Of a stretch of DNA of 64,000 nucleotides, positions 37,649 to 47,972 are shown in pieces. Both the position numbers and the translations under genes were made by a program. Origin of the DNA: an uncultured Nitrososphaerota archaeon. GTDB lineage: Archaea > Thermoproteota > EX4484-205 > JAAOZO01. Numbering within the stretch: the first letter of the stretch is position 1; each line of letters begins with the position of its first letter. The stretch spans positions 31,635-95,634 of the forward strand of contig CAYOYV010000006.1 of assembly GCA_964408285.1 (NCBI GenBank), written 5' to 3'. The notes beneath the pieces were generated by a model. The model was not told where the DNA came from. It ran no database searches and saw only the letters and a program-made list of their open reading frames with translations.

Positions 37649-37817
37649 CCTTCATCACCCACTTCATTCGCCTAGGATTCCTGCCCAACTCTAAAGCATT
37701 TTTCCTGCACTTCTTGCTGCAGAACCACGACATGGTGCCATCATTTCTCACGTAAAGGGTACCACTTCCCGGCTCCATCTTCGAACCACAGAATGAGCAA
37801 TTCCTGAGAACAGGCAT
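37614..37817 (-). CDS. rpl24e: 50S ribosomal protein L24e
   Basis: CSFCG..MEPGSG..YVRNDG...FCSKKC...RNPRRMKW. Confidence 0.96.
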   Translation of the reverse strand: MPVLRNCSFCGSKMEPGSGTLYVRNDGTMSWFCSKKCRKNALELGRNPRRMKWVMKVGPRGKDTGAA

Positions 37818-37819
37818 GT

Positions 37820-38038
37820 TCACCTGAGCCTCCTTGCTTCCCTTTCGGCTTCTCTTAGATAGATCAATTCTCCCACTCTGATTGGCCCTCTTACGTTTCT
37901 TAGGATGACCCTTCCCTTGTTCCTTCCGGTCTGAATCCTCACTCTAGCCTGTATTACCTCGCCCGTGGCTCCAGCTCTTCCAAGTACCTCCACGACCTCA
38001 GCGATGACGCCCTCCTCAGAGCTCAAGGTAGAAGTCAC
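37820..38038 (-). CDS. rps28e: 30S ribosomal protein S28e
   Basis: [29 protein letters not shown]. Confidence 0.96.
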   Translation of the reverse strand: MTSTLSSEEGVIAEVVEVLGRAGATGEVIQARVRIQTGRNKGRVILRNVRGPIRVGELIYLREAEREARRLR

Positions 38039-38430
38039 TCCTTTTGCTCTGTTGCGGTGCCGGACCTTAGCCTATCTACCTTATCGACCAGCTCCATCAG
38101 CTGCTTCTGGCTCTGCCCTGGATCCTCAATCGCCACACAAGAGGCAGGCACCATTAGACCAACGCTATTGCCCAACGTTTTCCTGTCTGGAACAACGATA
38201 TAGGGGATCTTCCTATCGCGGCACAGCAAAGGCACGTGCAATACTATCTCGACTGGGTCGACATTCTCTGCAATGTACACCAATTTAGCGACTCCCCTTT
38301 CGACCGACTTGGTGGTCTCATTGGTGCCCTTTCTCACCTTTCCAGTCTGGGCCGCGAGCTTCAGCACATCAAGGGCCTCCGTCTGAAGGGCCTCAGGTAC
38401 TTCATACTCAGCGGTCGTTATTTTTCCCAT
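38035..38430 (-). CDS. rpl7ae: ribosomal/K-turn-binding protein L7Ae
   Basis: [28 protein letters not shown]. Confidence 0.97.
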   Translation of the reverse strand: MGKITTAEYEVPEALQTEALDVLKLAAQTGKVRKGTNETTKSVERGVAKLVYIAENVDPVEIVLHVPLLCRDRKIPYIVVPDRKTLGNSVGLMVPASCVAIEDPGQSQKQLMELVDKVDRLRSGTATEQKE

Positions 38431-38471
38431 TCTTAAACACCTCGACCAAGCGGGCCGGATTGCCGTTCTAG

Positions 38472-39330
38472 TTAATATAAAGATTGTTCTCCAGACGAGA
38501 TATTTAGCGTGCCCATCATGTCCTTTCTGAGCGTTTCCCAGAGCGCTCTAGCATAGATCTCAGCCTCGTCCTTCTCAGTCACTATTGTTCTGCCGGCCAT
38601 GAACTCAGGCTTCAGGTATTTTCCCGGATCCTCGCCTTTGGGTTTGATTATTTCGCTTGGCACGTCCACCAAGGCCGCTTTCTTTTCCAGTCTGATCCTC
38701 AGGTTGGCCGGTGTGTAGATGCTTCGGTGGAATCCGATCCCTTGCTTGCAATGTCTTGATAGGTTGAAAGCCGGTGTCCCATGAATTCGATACACTTCGC
38801 TGGAACGCCTAACGCTGTCATTATGGTCCGTAGAATTCTGCCAAGCCATGAGTCCTGACATCGTATCTCTTGTTGTTCTTCTTTGAGATTCCGGTCATGT
38901 TCATGAGGCTCCTGATTGCAGCATAGGCTCTAGTCCTGTTTAATCGCACGACCTTTCTCTCATTGTTTCGGAACAGGGGAGACTCATCGGTTATCTTTTC
39001 TGCCGATGTTTTCTATGTGCCCCTTCTCCTTCCGCTAGGTAGAGCTTCAGATAATTCGCGGCCTCTTCGTTTATGAAAGTGTCAAAGTCGCAGTATTCTC
39101 CTCTTGCGAGTTCCGCCTCGACATGGACATGAGCCACGACCCTGTTTGCCTCGAGGTTCTGCCTTACGTGTCTATATCCGAGTTTTGCTAGATTTCCGAT
39201 CCTGAAGCATCCTGTGGCGAGTATTACAATCAATGCTTTCTCCCTGATTGGAGCCACTTCAATTAGCTTCTCGATTTCCTCTCCGGAAGGGCCCTGTTCT
39301 TGCAGGTTGATCCGCGCATGCGAATTGTAT
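38472..39330 (-). pseudogene. degraded tyrosine recombinase/integrase
   Basis: Fragments KNRA-P...EEIEKLIEVAPIREKALIVILATGCFRIG, YCDFDTFINEEA, ITDESPLFRN spread over several frames. Confidence 0.75.
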
Positions 39331-39338
39331 TATTCCGC

Positions 39339-40010
39339 TCAGGAAGCCATCGTCCACAATATGCCTTCGAGCAGGTGCTTTCTGAGCCATTCTTGGCCCC
39401 AGGTCTCCTTGAAGTGACCGAAGGCAGTATAAAACACTCTTCCTTTGCCATACCTATGACACCAACAAAGAGCATAGTCATTATCTTCTCTCGTTCCCTT
39501 GCCAAGGTCAACTGACGAATTGTCTAGGCTCAACAACACATGAGTCTTATCCCTTTGCCAATTCCTGAATGTGTACACCTCCTCTTTTGTCACAAACTTC
39601 CTCGGCAGATGCCTTGTGGAGGGATGCGAGGGATCTTCGACTATGACCCTGACCTCTTGAGTCCAAGGGTGTCCATTGAAATAACCTCCAAGCATCTCTC
39701 CGTATTCCGGGAATTTGTAGAAGGTGACGGCCGCGTTGTGTACGCCAACAAAGGCATTTCCGTTCCTAACGAAATCCAATAAGGCGGTCTTCTGATCATC
39801 GCCCAAAGGCAGTTCGCCCTCTGTCGCGAATAGTATCGCGGAGAAATCCCGCAAGTTCGCTTCCGTAACGATTGAACAATCCTCCGTGGCGAGTGTATCA
39901 TACATGCCAGAGACTTCGCCCAATTCCTTCATTGATCGGGAGGCGACTGCCAGGTAGTCATGTCGGAAAGTCACTGAATGCGTGAGCATGAGCAATCTCT
40001 TGTTCGTCAT
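39339..40010 (-). CDS. ThuA-like (class I glutamine amidotransferase-like) protein
   Basis: FRHD, FVGVHNA, GGYFNGHP, EEVY, YGKGRVFYTAFGH. Confidence 0.85.
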   Translation of the reverse strand: MTNKRLLMLTHSVTFRHDYLAVASRSMKELGEVSGMYDTLATEDCSIVTEANLRDFSAILFATEGELPLGDDQKTALLDFVRNGNAFVGVHNAAVTFYKFPEYGEMLGGYFNGHPWTQEVRVIVEDPSHPSTRHLPRKFVTKEEVYTFRNWQRDKTHVLLSLDNSSVDLGKGTREDNDYALCWCHRYGKGRVFYTAFGHFKETWGQEWLRKHLLEGILWTMAS

Positions 40011-40531
40011 CTGATTTGGCTTCTACCCAACACGGGTAATTCAACGTTCGGATATTAACTTTGGGGGATGCAGAAAATCGTGCGCATTCTCGCAATGTCG
40101 ATATTACCATTGGCCTGGTGCCTTCTGACTTAGATCTTGAACTCTTTCGGATTTTGGGTCCCAATAGAGAAAAAATCAGAAGGGGATGGCGTGTGTGATT
40201 ATGTCGGCGCACACGAGCATACCAGATAATACTCGTATTTCATGCACGGCTTTCGCAAGTTAGCAATGACGGACAAATCAGATCTAGAGAACTGGAGGTG
40301 GATCCTGCCTACCTGTTTCTCCGACATTCAGGTCCAGTCACACTCGGGGAATCTCTCGGTACGGTCAAGCCTTAACGCGCATGCCGTTTGGTCCAGAAGT
40401 CATTGGGGCGATAGGGATACTCGGTTAAGCAGCAATCAAGCGGAAACAGAAAGTGCACGAGGAAAAAGAAGTGAGAGGAGTGGCTTAACTCATCTCTCCA
40501 GAAGCTTTTCTAAATATGAACTTACCTCACT

Positions 40532-42280
40532 TCACCGATGGGCAAAGACTGCGCTAACCGAGTCTTCTTCGAGCTTCTCCAGTTTGACGAAGCCAAATCT
40601 GACGAACTGCGCCATTTCGCCCTTCCGATGCTGAAGCACGTTGCGCTCAGTTAGGCCCCTAGTGATTGTGGCATCTGACATGAGGACCTCGGTTTGGACG
40701 GCGAAGGATACGGGCACCCATTGTACTATCTTTACTCCTGCCTTCTCAACAAGTTCAAGAGGAGTCTCCAAGGCATTCGCTCGCGAAATTTCCTGCTCCA
40801 AGGAATCCACTCTCACGTTGAACAGTCCCATCAGCCTTATCTCATGTCCAACATCAAAAGAGAAAAGATCGAGTGAAGCCAAGTAGAGGTCAAGAACGCC
40901 ATCCTTGATCTCTATTGGAACGCGTCTTTCGCCAAGATCCTTGTTGTCAGGGTGATTGGGCAATGGGATTTCCTTGATTGCCTCCTTCACCCCACTTATC
41001 CTTAGGATCACCGGGTTCTCAACGAAGAACAACCTAGGAGTGGCTCCATCTATCAGGGTCCTGTTCGCCGAATACAGGTTCTCCCATTTAAGAGTAGCCT
41101 CCACGGATTTTGTTCCCAAATCCAGCACAGCATTTCTTATCACCTCGGCCTTGATTCCCTTTCGAATCACTGACCTAACAGTTCCGAGCCTTGGATCATC
41201 GAACCCTGAGTATTCGCCGGCTTTCAGACCCTCCATCATCTTCGACTTGCTCAGTGAGTAGCCCTCAAGCTTCACCCTTCCTATGGTGACGGTCGTCGGC
41301 TTCTTCCATCCGAAGTGCTTGTACACGTATGATTGCCGGACATCATTCGTGAGATGTTCCTTCGCCCTTATCACATGCGTAATCTTCATGGCATGATCGT
41401 CGATTGCACATGCCCAGTTGTAAAGGGGCCAGACCCTGTACTTCTTCCCTACCCTTGGATGCGTGGTCTCATCTATCCTCAACGCCGGCCAGTCCCTGAG
41501 AGCAGGATTGGGATGAGTCAACTCAGTCTTCACTCTCACGACCGCCTCTCCCTGACGAATTTCCCCATCGAGCATTGCTTTCCAGAGTCTCATGTTTTCC
41601 TCCGGGCTCTGGTCTCTGTGTGGGCAAGGTCTTCCATTCTTCACAAGCTCGCTGAATTCTTCCCGAGGGCATCTGCACACATAGCCAGCCCCCATGGAGA
41701 GCAATTTCTCCGCGCCCGCATAGTATATGTGGAGCCTGTCGGACTGATAGTATATCTCATCTATTCCTATCCCGAGCCAATAGAGATCTCCAAGTATCCA
41801 ATCATAGGCTTCAAGAAGTGGTGGCTTGACTGATGGTGAGGTGTCCTCAAACCTGAGAATGAACGTGCCATTGTATTTCTTCGCAAAGTGGTCACAGAGC
41901 AGGGCGGCCCTAGCATGTCCCAACGTTAGCGGACCATTTGGATTTGGGGCAAACCTCAGCACGAAACCTCGGATGCCAGGGTTTGGTTGGAGTTCGAGCT
42001 TATCCTGCACCTCCTTCTTCTCTATCTGCGTTGTTGGGACCTCACCCAGTTCAGAGAGTCTAGATGATATTTCATCCATGGACATCGAATTGACCTCTCT
42101 ACACACATCGGCGACAATCTTGAGGATCTCTCCAGACCTTTGCTTGAGGTCTGGTCTCCTTGCTACCAGATGACCCATAACTATCCCTGGTGAGGTCTTT
42201 CCTCCGAACTTCGCAGCATTCTCAAGGGCCAAGTGCAGAATCAGTGCTCTGGTCTCACCATCACTCGACAAGAGATCCAC
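40532..42280 (-). CDS. gltX: glutamyl-tRNA synthetase
   Basis: RFAPNPNGPLTLGH, LRFEDT, YYQSDR, LSKSK, QFVRFGF. Confidence 0.97.
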   Translation of the reverse strand: MDLLSSDGETRALILHLALENAAKFGGKTSPGIVMGHLVARRPDLKQRSGEILKIVADVCREVNSMSMDEISSRLSELGEVPTTQIEKKEVQDKLELQPNPGIRGFVLRFAPNPNGPLTLGHARAALLCDHFAKKYNGTFILRFEDTSPSVKPPLLEAYDWILGDLYWLGIGIDEIYYQSDRLHIYYAGAEKLLSMGAGYVCRCPREEFSELVKNGRPCPHRDQSPEENMRLWKAMLDGEIRQGEAVVRVKTELTHPNPALRDWPALRIDETTHPRVGKKYRVWPLYNWACAIDDHAMKITHVIRAKEHLTNDVRQSYVYKHFGWKKPTTVTIGRVKLEGYSLSKSKMMEGLKAGEYSGFDDPRLGTVRSVIRKGIKAEVIRNAVLDLGTKSVEATLKWENLYSANRTLIDGATPRLFFVENPVILRISGVKEAIKEIPLPNHPDNKDLGERRVPIEIKDGVLDLYLASLDLFSFDVGHEIRLMGLFNVRVDSLEQEISRANALETPLELVEKAGVKIVQWVPVSFAVQTEVLMSDATITRGLTERNVLQHRKGEMAQFVRFGFVKLEKLEEDSVSAVFAHR

Positions 42281-42387
42281 CCTGCAAAATCAGGCCTGAT
42301 TAGGATTCGTTGTATTATTAAATCATAGGTCGATTCGGGCGCAAAGACCCCGTATATCAATCTCCCGCCCAAATCCTTTTCTGAGGC

Positions 42388-43215
42388 ATGACAGCCATGA
42401 AAGGCAACATGGAATTGAGACGAGAGAAGATAGTCAGAGCACTCAACGACGCCTTGGCGCCGCTCGACTACGCCAAAGCCTTCTATGAGGGAGGCGCTGT
42501 AGCGTTCAACAGGATCGACGAGTGGTCTGACTTGGATTTCTATGTGGTTGTGGATGACGACAAGGTGAATGATACTTTCGCTATCATTGAGAAGGCCCTT
42601 GAGTCCATTTCGCGGATTAGTCAGAAATGCGAGCGACAGAATCCAGAGTGGCCAGACATGTCGCAAGCCTTCTACAGATTGGAGGGCACGAGCGAATACC
42701 TTCTCATCGACCTAGTCGTCATCAAGCTGAGCAGCCCTGAAAAATTCCTCCAACCTGAGATCCATGGTAATGTCTTATTCCACTTCAATAAGTCCAATAT
42801 GGTCAAGGCCCTTCCTTTTGATAAGGCTCATCTAGTGACCAAAATCCAGCGGGGGCTAGAGAGGCTCAGAGCGAGGTATAGCATGTTCAACAAGTTCGTA
42901 CAAAAGGAGATAAACAGGGGAAACAAACTCGAGGCAATTGATCTGTACCACAACCTAACTCTCGCAATGCTCGTCGATGTTCTCAGGTTGAAGAACAACC
43001 CTTTCCACTGGGATTTCAGGATGCATTACATACACTACGAGCTGCCCCAAGAGGTAGTGAAGCGGCTCGAGCATTTGTATTTCGTTCGAGACGATGTAGA
43101 TCTGAAGAGCAAATACGACGAGGCGACTCAGTGGCTCTGCGAACTACTTTCGGAAATCAGAGAAGATGATGTTCGAAAAATAATGGGAGCCACCGAGACG
43201 AAAAGCATACCTTGA
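42388..43215 (+). CDS. Pol-beta-family nucleotidyltransferase
   Basis: GGAVA...DEWSDLD signature with a helical C-terminal domain. Confidence 0.75.
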   Translation: MTAMKGNMELRREKIVRALNDALAPLDYAKAFYEGGAVAFNRIDEWSDLDFYVVVDDDKVNDTFAIIEKALESISRISQKCERQNPEWPDMSQAFYRLEGTSEYLLIDLVVIKLSSPEKFLQPEIHGNVLFHFNKSNMVKALPFDKAHLVTKIQRGLERLRARYSMFNKFVQKEINRGNKLEAIDLYHNLTLAMLVDVLRLKNNPFHWDFRMHYIHYELPQEVVKRLEHLYFVRDDVDLKSKYDEATQWLCELLSEIREDDVRKIMGATETKSIP

Positions 43216-43373
43216 TCTTCTCTGGCCGGCAGCCAATGACATAGAGTCACACGTGAATGGACGTTACGAACATTGGAATGAAGAAGATTCTGGGGAAGCC
43301 TTCGCTGCCATATCCAGCCGCAACCCATGAACGATATGCTTTTAAGACATAGCCTTCTCGGCTTGCGGAAAGC

Positions 43374-43865
43374 ATGACCGAGCCATTCTACTCTAGGGAG
43401 TCCCTGCTTAACTTAGCAGTTGAAATAGAGAAAAGTGCAGAGGCCTTCTATACAGCCTTGGCGGACAAGTTTGCACAGAGTGCCGAAACATTCAAGCAAC
43501 TTGCCCAAGATGAGAAGGGACATGCCATAAGCTACTCAAGACTATTGTCAAAGGGAGAGAATGTTGCAGGTGAGAAGGGTCTGGAGAAGGCTAGATCGTA
43601 CATAGAAGCTTTGGATAGCCTCGACATTGTGGCTTCCCTAAGAAAGCTCGATCGCGATGCTCTAGATCCAAAGGACCTAGCTGCCGCACTCGATCTGGCA
43701 ATCTCACTCGAGAAGGACACCCTGCTGCTCTATCAGACTCTACTGCTATATCTCGTTAACGACAAAGACAGAAGAGTAATTCATATGGTAACCGATGTTG
43801 AATACGTTCATCTTGTTAGGCTTTCGAGAATGAGGGCCAAGAGTCCAAGCCCAACAAAGCGCTAG
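43374..43865 (+). CDS. ferritin-like/rubrerythrin-family protein
   Basis: AVEIEK.AEAFY, LAQDEKGH, AISLEKD, VEYVH diiron motifs. Confidence 0.85.
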   Translation: MTEPFYSRESLLNLAVEIEKSAEAFYTALADKFAQSAETFKQLAQDEKGHAISYSRLLSKGENVAGEKGLEKARSYIEALDSLDIVASLRKLDRDALDPKDLAAALDLAISLEKDTLLLYQTLLLYLVNDKDRRVIHMVTDVEYVHLVRLSRMRAKSPSPTKR

Positions 43866-43955
43866 GTAACTATCCATTTGCGTCGCTTTTGATCATCGTC
43901 TCATTGGTTTGCAACGTTATTTGGGTCTCATCAACAGAAATGGCCCCGATCTTTC

Positions 43956-45065
43956 CTAATGCACTGAAGTTGTAAATCCTCTTTGGGCCAGTGCAGAGGG
44001 TTGGAATCCCCTTAGCATTGCCCATTGACCAATTTTCCCAGTCAGTATTACCGGCCTCTTCCTCAGCGCGTCCAGATTTCGGGCTCCAGTCAGGAACATC
44101 GCTGTCCTCAGTTGCGATTCGTATCCAAGTATCCACTTCTCGACGTGCTCATGTCCCTTGACTGCCTGTTCAAGAATCGGTCTCGCTATCCCTACGTAAT
44201 CCGCATTCAGTGCAATTGCCTTAGCCCCATCCAACCCATTCTTTATTCCTCCGGAGGCTACTATCTTCAACCCAGTAGAGTTAGTCTCGATCAAGCTTAT
44301 TGCAGTCGGTATGCCCCAATCTGAGAAGAGATCGCCAAGGGCCACCTTATCGGTCAATCCACGCTTCATTGCCCTATATGTCTCTATGACGGCGAAGTTC
44401 GTACCTCCTGCGCCAGCTATGTCTATGTATCTAAAGCCCATGGCCTTCAATTCCTTAGCGACCTCCTTTGAGATGCCGCAGCCGGTTTCCTTGGCCACGC
44501 ATGGGACATCAAGCTGTTCTATTACGTCCATAACCTTCTCCTTGGTTCCCTTCATTTTCGGTTCTCCTTCAGGCATCACGACTTCTTGGAGTTTGTTCAA
44601 ATGAATGGCCAGTGCATCTGCTTTTACTAGGTCGACAGCTTCCTTTGCCAATTGGGTGCCCCCTTCCCTCAGCTGCTGGGCGCCTATGTTTGATATAATC
44701 ACAGTTGAAGGTGCAGCTTCCCTGACCACAGAGTACGTTTCCCTTGTTGAGGAAGCCAGTGCAAGACCAGCCCTCGTACTGCCAACTCCCATTGGAATCT
44801 TCAGGGCTTCGGCTGCCTTTGCAAGATTCCTGTTGATGTCCTTAGCTCCAGGGAAGCCCCCAGTCATGGATGATATTATGAGGGGGCAGCCGATCTCCTT
44901 GTCCTCGAACGTGGAAGAGATTTTGATTTCGTCAAAATCCAGATCAGAAATGGCCTCATGGACAAGGAAGACTTCCTCGAAACCGGTTGTTATTCCCTTC
45001 GAAAACGGAGCCCCCTCAAGTGAAATCCTGACATGTTCCTCCTTCCTCTCCTCTATGCTACTCAA
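43956..45065 (-). CDS. fni: type 2 isopentenyl-diphosphate isomerase
   Basis: RKEEHV, SSMTGG, HLN.LQE, KETGCG, GAGGTN. Confidence 0.96.
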   Translation of the reverse strand: MSSIEERKEEHVRISLEGAPFSKGITTGFEEVFLVHEAISDLDFDEIKISSTFEDKEIGCPLIISSMTGGFPGAKDINRNLAKAAEALKIPMGVGSTRAGLALASSTRETYSVVREAAPSTVIISNIGAQQLREGGTQLAKEAVDLVKADALAIHLNKLQEVVMPEGEPKMKGTKEKVMDVIEQLDVPCVAKETGCGISKEVAKELKAMGFRYIDIAGAGGTNFAVIETYRAMKRGLTDKVALGDLFSDWGIPTAISLIETNSTGLKIVASGGIKNGLDGAKAIALNADYVGIARPILEQAVKGHEHVEKWILGYESQLRTAMFLTGARNLDALRKRPVILTGKIGQWAMLRGFQPSALAQRGFTTSVH

Positions 45066-45071
45066 CCTAGG

Positions 45072-45845
45072 TCACCATACTATCCTCGTGCCCCTAAATG
45101 GTTTTCCCGAAATCGCATTCAGCAGTCTTCCGCTTCTCGAGGGGCAAAGTAGATAGGCTGGTATTCCGGCCTGGACAACCTGCTCTAACGACTCAAGCTT
45201 AGCCTTCATGCCGCCAGTTACATCAGTCCGGGCTGGGTCCTCCGGCCAGATCAGGCCATCGTATGGTTGGCTAAGCCTAAGTTCCTCCACCAGCTTACCG
45301 TCTTTGCCTATCATTCCCTCCTGGTCTATACACATTATGATCTTCTCGGCGAAAAGTGCTTTGCCAATCCGCGCTGCCAGTGGATCTCCTGACACTATCC
45401 TATGAGATCCATTTTCCGATAGCACCAGATCTCCCTTCAACAACGGCATGAATCCGGAAGTCAAGGACAGTCTGATGGCGTCAACATCCAAATCCATTGA
45501 ACCATCAACTCCAATCTTCGCGATTGAATGCGTCGGCAAAGAAAGACCTGCATTGCCATTTTCCACCAGATGAGACAGAATCTTCGCTGTCAGCTTGTCC
45601 ATTTCCAGAAGGAGGTAAGCGAGCGACTCGGGTTTGCTGGGGACGCCCGCACCGAATCCTATCTTATTCGCAACATAGTGTCCGACTGAGCCTCCGCCGT
45701 GAATGAGAACTATATCACGCCTGTTTGAAGCAAAGATTTCCCTGGCAATAGACTCAATCAAGCCGTCATTGACCTCGAATGGGACATTCTTATTGGTCAC
45801 GACGCTTCCTCCCAGCTTGATCACAATAGGTCTCATTCCTGCCAA
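45072..45845 (-). CDS. isopentenyl phosphate kinase
   Basis: IKLGGSVVT.K, HGGGSVGH, VSGD, DVTGGM; located between mvk and fni. Confidence 0.92.
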   Translation of the reverse strand: MAGMRPIVIKLGGSVVTNKNVPFEVNDGLIESIAREIFASNRRDIVLIHGGGSVGHYVANKIGFGAGVPSKPESLAYLLLEMDKLTAKILSHLVENGNAGLSLPTHSIAKIGVDGSMDLDVDAIRLSLTSGFMPLLKGDLVLSENGSHRIVSGDPLAARIGKALFAEKIIMCIDQEGMIGKDGKLVEELRLSQPYDGLIWPEDPARTDVTGGMKAKLESLEQVVQAGIPAYLLCPSRSGRLLNAISGKPFRGTRIVW

Positions 45846-46807
45846 CTCCTCACGCCAATGCTCGAGAGCTTGGCCTTAAATGATTGATATCCGATCTCAT
45901 TCATCCTCCTATTGATCTTATCTGAGACCTCCTCGGTGACGAGTATTATGGCCGAACCTCCTCCACCTGCCCCTGTAAGCTTAGCACCAGGCGCTCCCAA
46001 TTTGTTCGCCTCAAACACAATCTTGTCGAGATGTGGAGTCGACATCCCAAAGAAGGAAAGTGCAAGGTGATTCGATGTCATGAGCGCTCCAGCTAACTGA
46101 AGATTCTCCGTCTCCAAGGCCTTCTCGATCTGAGCCGTGAGAAGTCCAATGTGATTCAACCAAAGTTGAGCTGTTTCGCCTCCGTTCTCAAGGGCCATTC
46201 TGAATTTCGCAACCATGTCCCCTGTTCTTCTGGGGTCCCCAGTGTTCACCACAAGGAGAGGGATCTGGGCTCCTATGGGAGATTTTGATGACCCCTTGGA
46301 TTTGGCATACCTTATCACGCCCCCGGATATCGCGATCTCAACATCGACTCCGCTCGGATTCTCATGAACAATCCTCTCACCGACCATTGCTGCCTCGAAA
46401 ACCTCTTGCTTAGTCGGCTCATGGCCCAAGGCGTTGAAACATGAGCTAGCGACTGACACAAACGACGAGGCAGATGAACCTATGCCAGCAGCTATCGGTG
46501 CATTGCCCCATGTCCTAATGTTGAGTCCTCCTCCGCCGCCAATCCTTTTCTTCACATGGGCGGCCACCTCTGTCGCTGCCATCAGAGGCTGATCTCCCCT
46601 CCGCGTTGAAGACTTCATGTCGATCTCATAGGTTCCCAATTCAGGCGACGTGACAACTATGGTCTCCCTATCAGTGAGTTCAGTGGTTGCACCTACTTTC
46701 AGATCAAGTGCCATGACGAGCGCGGGAAAACCATAAACGACCGCGTGTTCGCCTGAGAGGATGACCTTAGTAGGGGCATCAGCATGAGTTATCTTGTTCA
46801 TTTTCAC
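45833..46807 (-). CDS. mvk: mevalonate kinase
   Basis: KVILSGEHAVVYG, GIGSSA, H.NPSGVD, KLTGAGGGG. Confidence 0.94.
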   Translation of the reverse strand: MKMNKITHADAPTKVILSGEHAVVYGFPALVMALDLKVGATTELTDRETIVVTSPELGTYEIDMKSSTRRGDQPLMAATEVAAHVKKRIGGGGGLNIRTWGNAPIAAGIGSSASSFVSVASSCFNALGHEPTKQEVFEAAMVGERIVHENPSGVDVEIAISGGVIRYAKSKGSSKSPIGAQIPLLVVNTGDPRRTGDMVAKFRMALENGGETAQLWLNHIGLLTAQIEKALETENLQLAGALMTSNHLALSFFGMSTPHLDKIVFEANKLGAPGAKLTGAGGGGSAIILVTEEVSDKINRRMNEIGYQSFKAKLSSIGVRSWQE

Positions 46808-47658
46808 TCAAACGCCACTGATCCATATCCGACCACTGCAGAATTATCCCCAGTCACGTCCCCGCTATGATAGTATTTGAGAACTCTCCCCCTCTTCGCT
46901 TCCAGTTCCTTCACTGCCCTTATTGCGGCAACAACAGGGGCAGAGCCGCAGAGCGATTCATATTTCTGGCTCGCATTCCAAGTCCCATCCTCGTCGAGTT
47001 CAGAGATTCTCTTGAGCGTCAATGAATCCCTCTCAGAAGCTATCTCCGATGGAACATAGTGCGACATGTCACTTGAGGCTATTACCAACGAACGACTGCC
47101 CTTGATTGCCTTTGCTATAGCCGAGCCCAGGCCCTTTGCAAGCTCGAGATCATACAACCAGATACTTATGGGAACTAGCCTGAAATGATCACCATAGATG
47201 AACTGAAGAAAGGGCAATTGAATCTCTAGCGAATGCTCTTCTCTATGAGCCATCTCATCGAAGTCTATGGATTTGAATTGCCCTGCAATCTCCTTCTCAA
47301 CTGTCGTCTCTATCTTAACCTCCCCGAGGGGAGTCTGCCAGATCTCGGATTCAGGGAACGAAATGCCTGATCCAACACCCCGATGATTGGGCCCCACGAG
47401 AACCACGAGGTCCCTTGGCCCGTGTGCCGCAGCCTCAGCATAGGCCCAGGCCGCTGATTGTCCGGAATATACATAACCAGCATGAGGTGAAATGAGGCCA
47501 AGAAGGTTCCGGTCGTATTCAGCCAGATCCGGAATGTGACCCGGACCGAGCTTTCCTAGGAATAGTGACTTCAGCTCTTCAATCAACGACGCCCTTGAGC
47601 CTGGATACCAAGTCCCTGCAATAGCCGGGTGTCTTGTCCTGCTACCTCGCAATCTCAT
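46804..47658 (-). CDS. MEMO1-family protein (AmmeMemoRadiSam protein B)
   Basis: PAIAGTWYP, PHAGYVYSG, EHSLEIQLPFLQ, SSDMSHY. Confidence 0.93.
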   Translation of the reverse strand: MRLRGSRTRHPAIAGTWYPGSRASLIEELKSLFLGKLGPGHIPDLAEYDRNLLGLISPHAGYVYSGQSAAWAYAEAAAHGPRDLVVLVGPNHRGVGSGISFPESEIWQTPLGEVKIETTVEKEIAGQFKSIDFDEMAHREEHSLEIQLPFLQFIYGDHFRLVPISIWLYDLELAKGLGSAIAKAIKGSRSLVIASSDMSHYVPSEIASERDSLTLKRISELDEDGTWNASQKYESLCGSAPVVAAIRAVKELEAKRGRVLKYYHSGDVTGDNSAVVGYGSVAFE

Positions 47659-47769
47659 CCTCCCCCGAAATCAGGTTCCCCGATTTCCTATGTCTCCTAT
47701 TCATCTACATTCCATCACTAAGCTGATTGATTTACCATAGGCGGGCCGATAAGAAAATAAAAGGATAAC

Positions 47770-47965
47770 GTTAGTTCAGGTTCCCGGGTAGCGATCAATC
47801 CACCGATTTCGCCTTGTCGCGAGGGATATTTGAGATCCACAATTACCATCATCTAAAAGCACGAGATAGGACCATACATTGTTTATTGAATCAAGGTAAG
47901 TGACAGCGTATCTACGAGTCACCGGTAGCCGCTCCGGGCGCCTCTAGTTCACCTTGACCAACTAC
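47770..47965 (-). ncRNA. candidate structured non-coding RNA of unknown family
   Basis: Nested stems CCCGG/CCGGG, AGCGG/UCGCU, CUACCG/CGGUGG enclosing several hairpins; G-U pairs only on the minus strand; followed by a U-rich tract. Confidence 0.4.
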
Positions 47966-47972
47966 TTGTTTG

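Noticed and set aside
47925-47955. GGTGAACTAGAGGCGC resembles the start of a lysine riboswitch
   Set aside because: The downstream conserved elements are missing or out of order, and the neighbouring genes are unrelated to lysine
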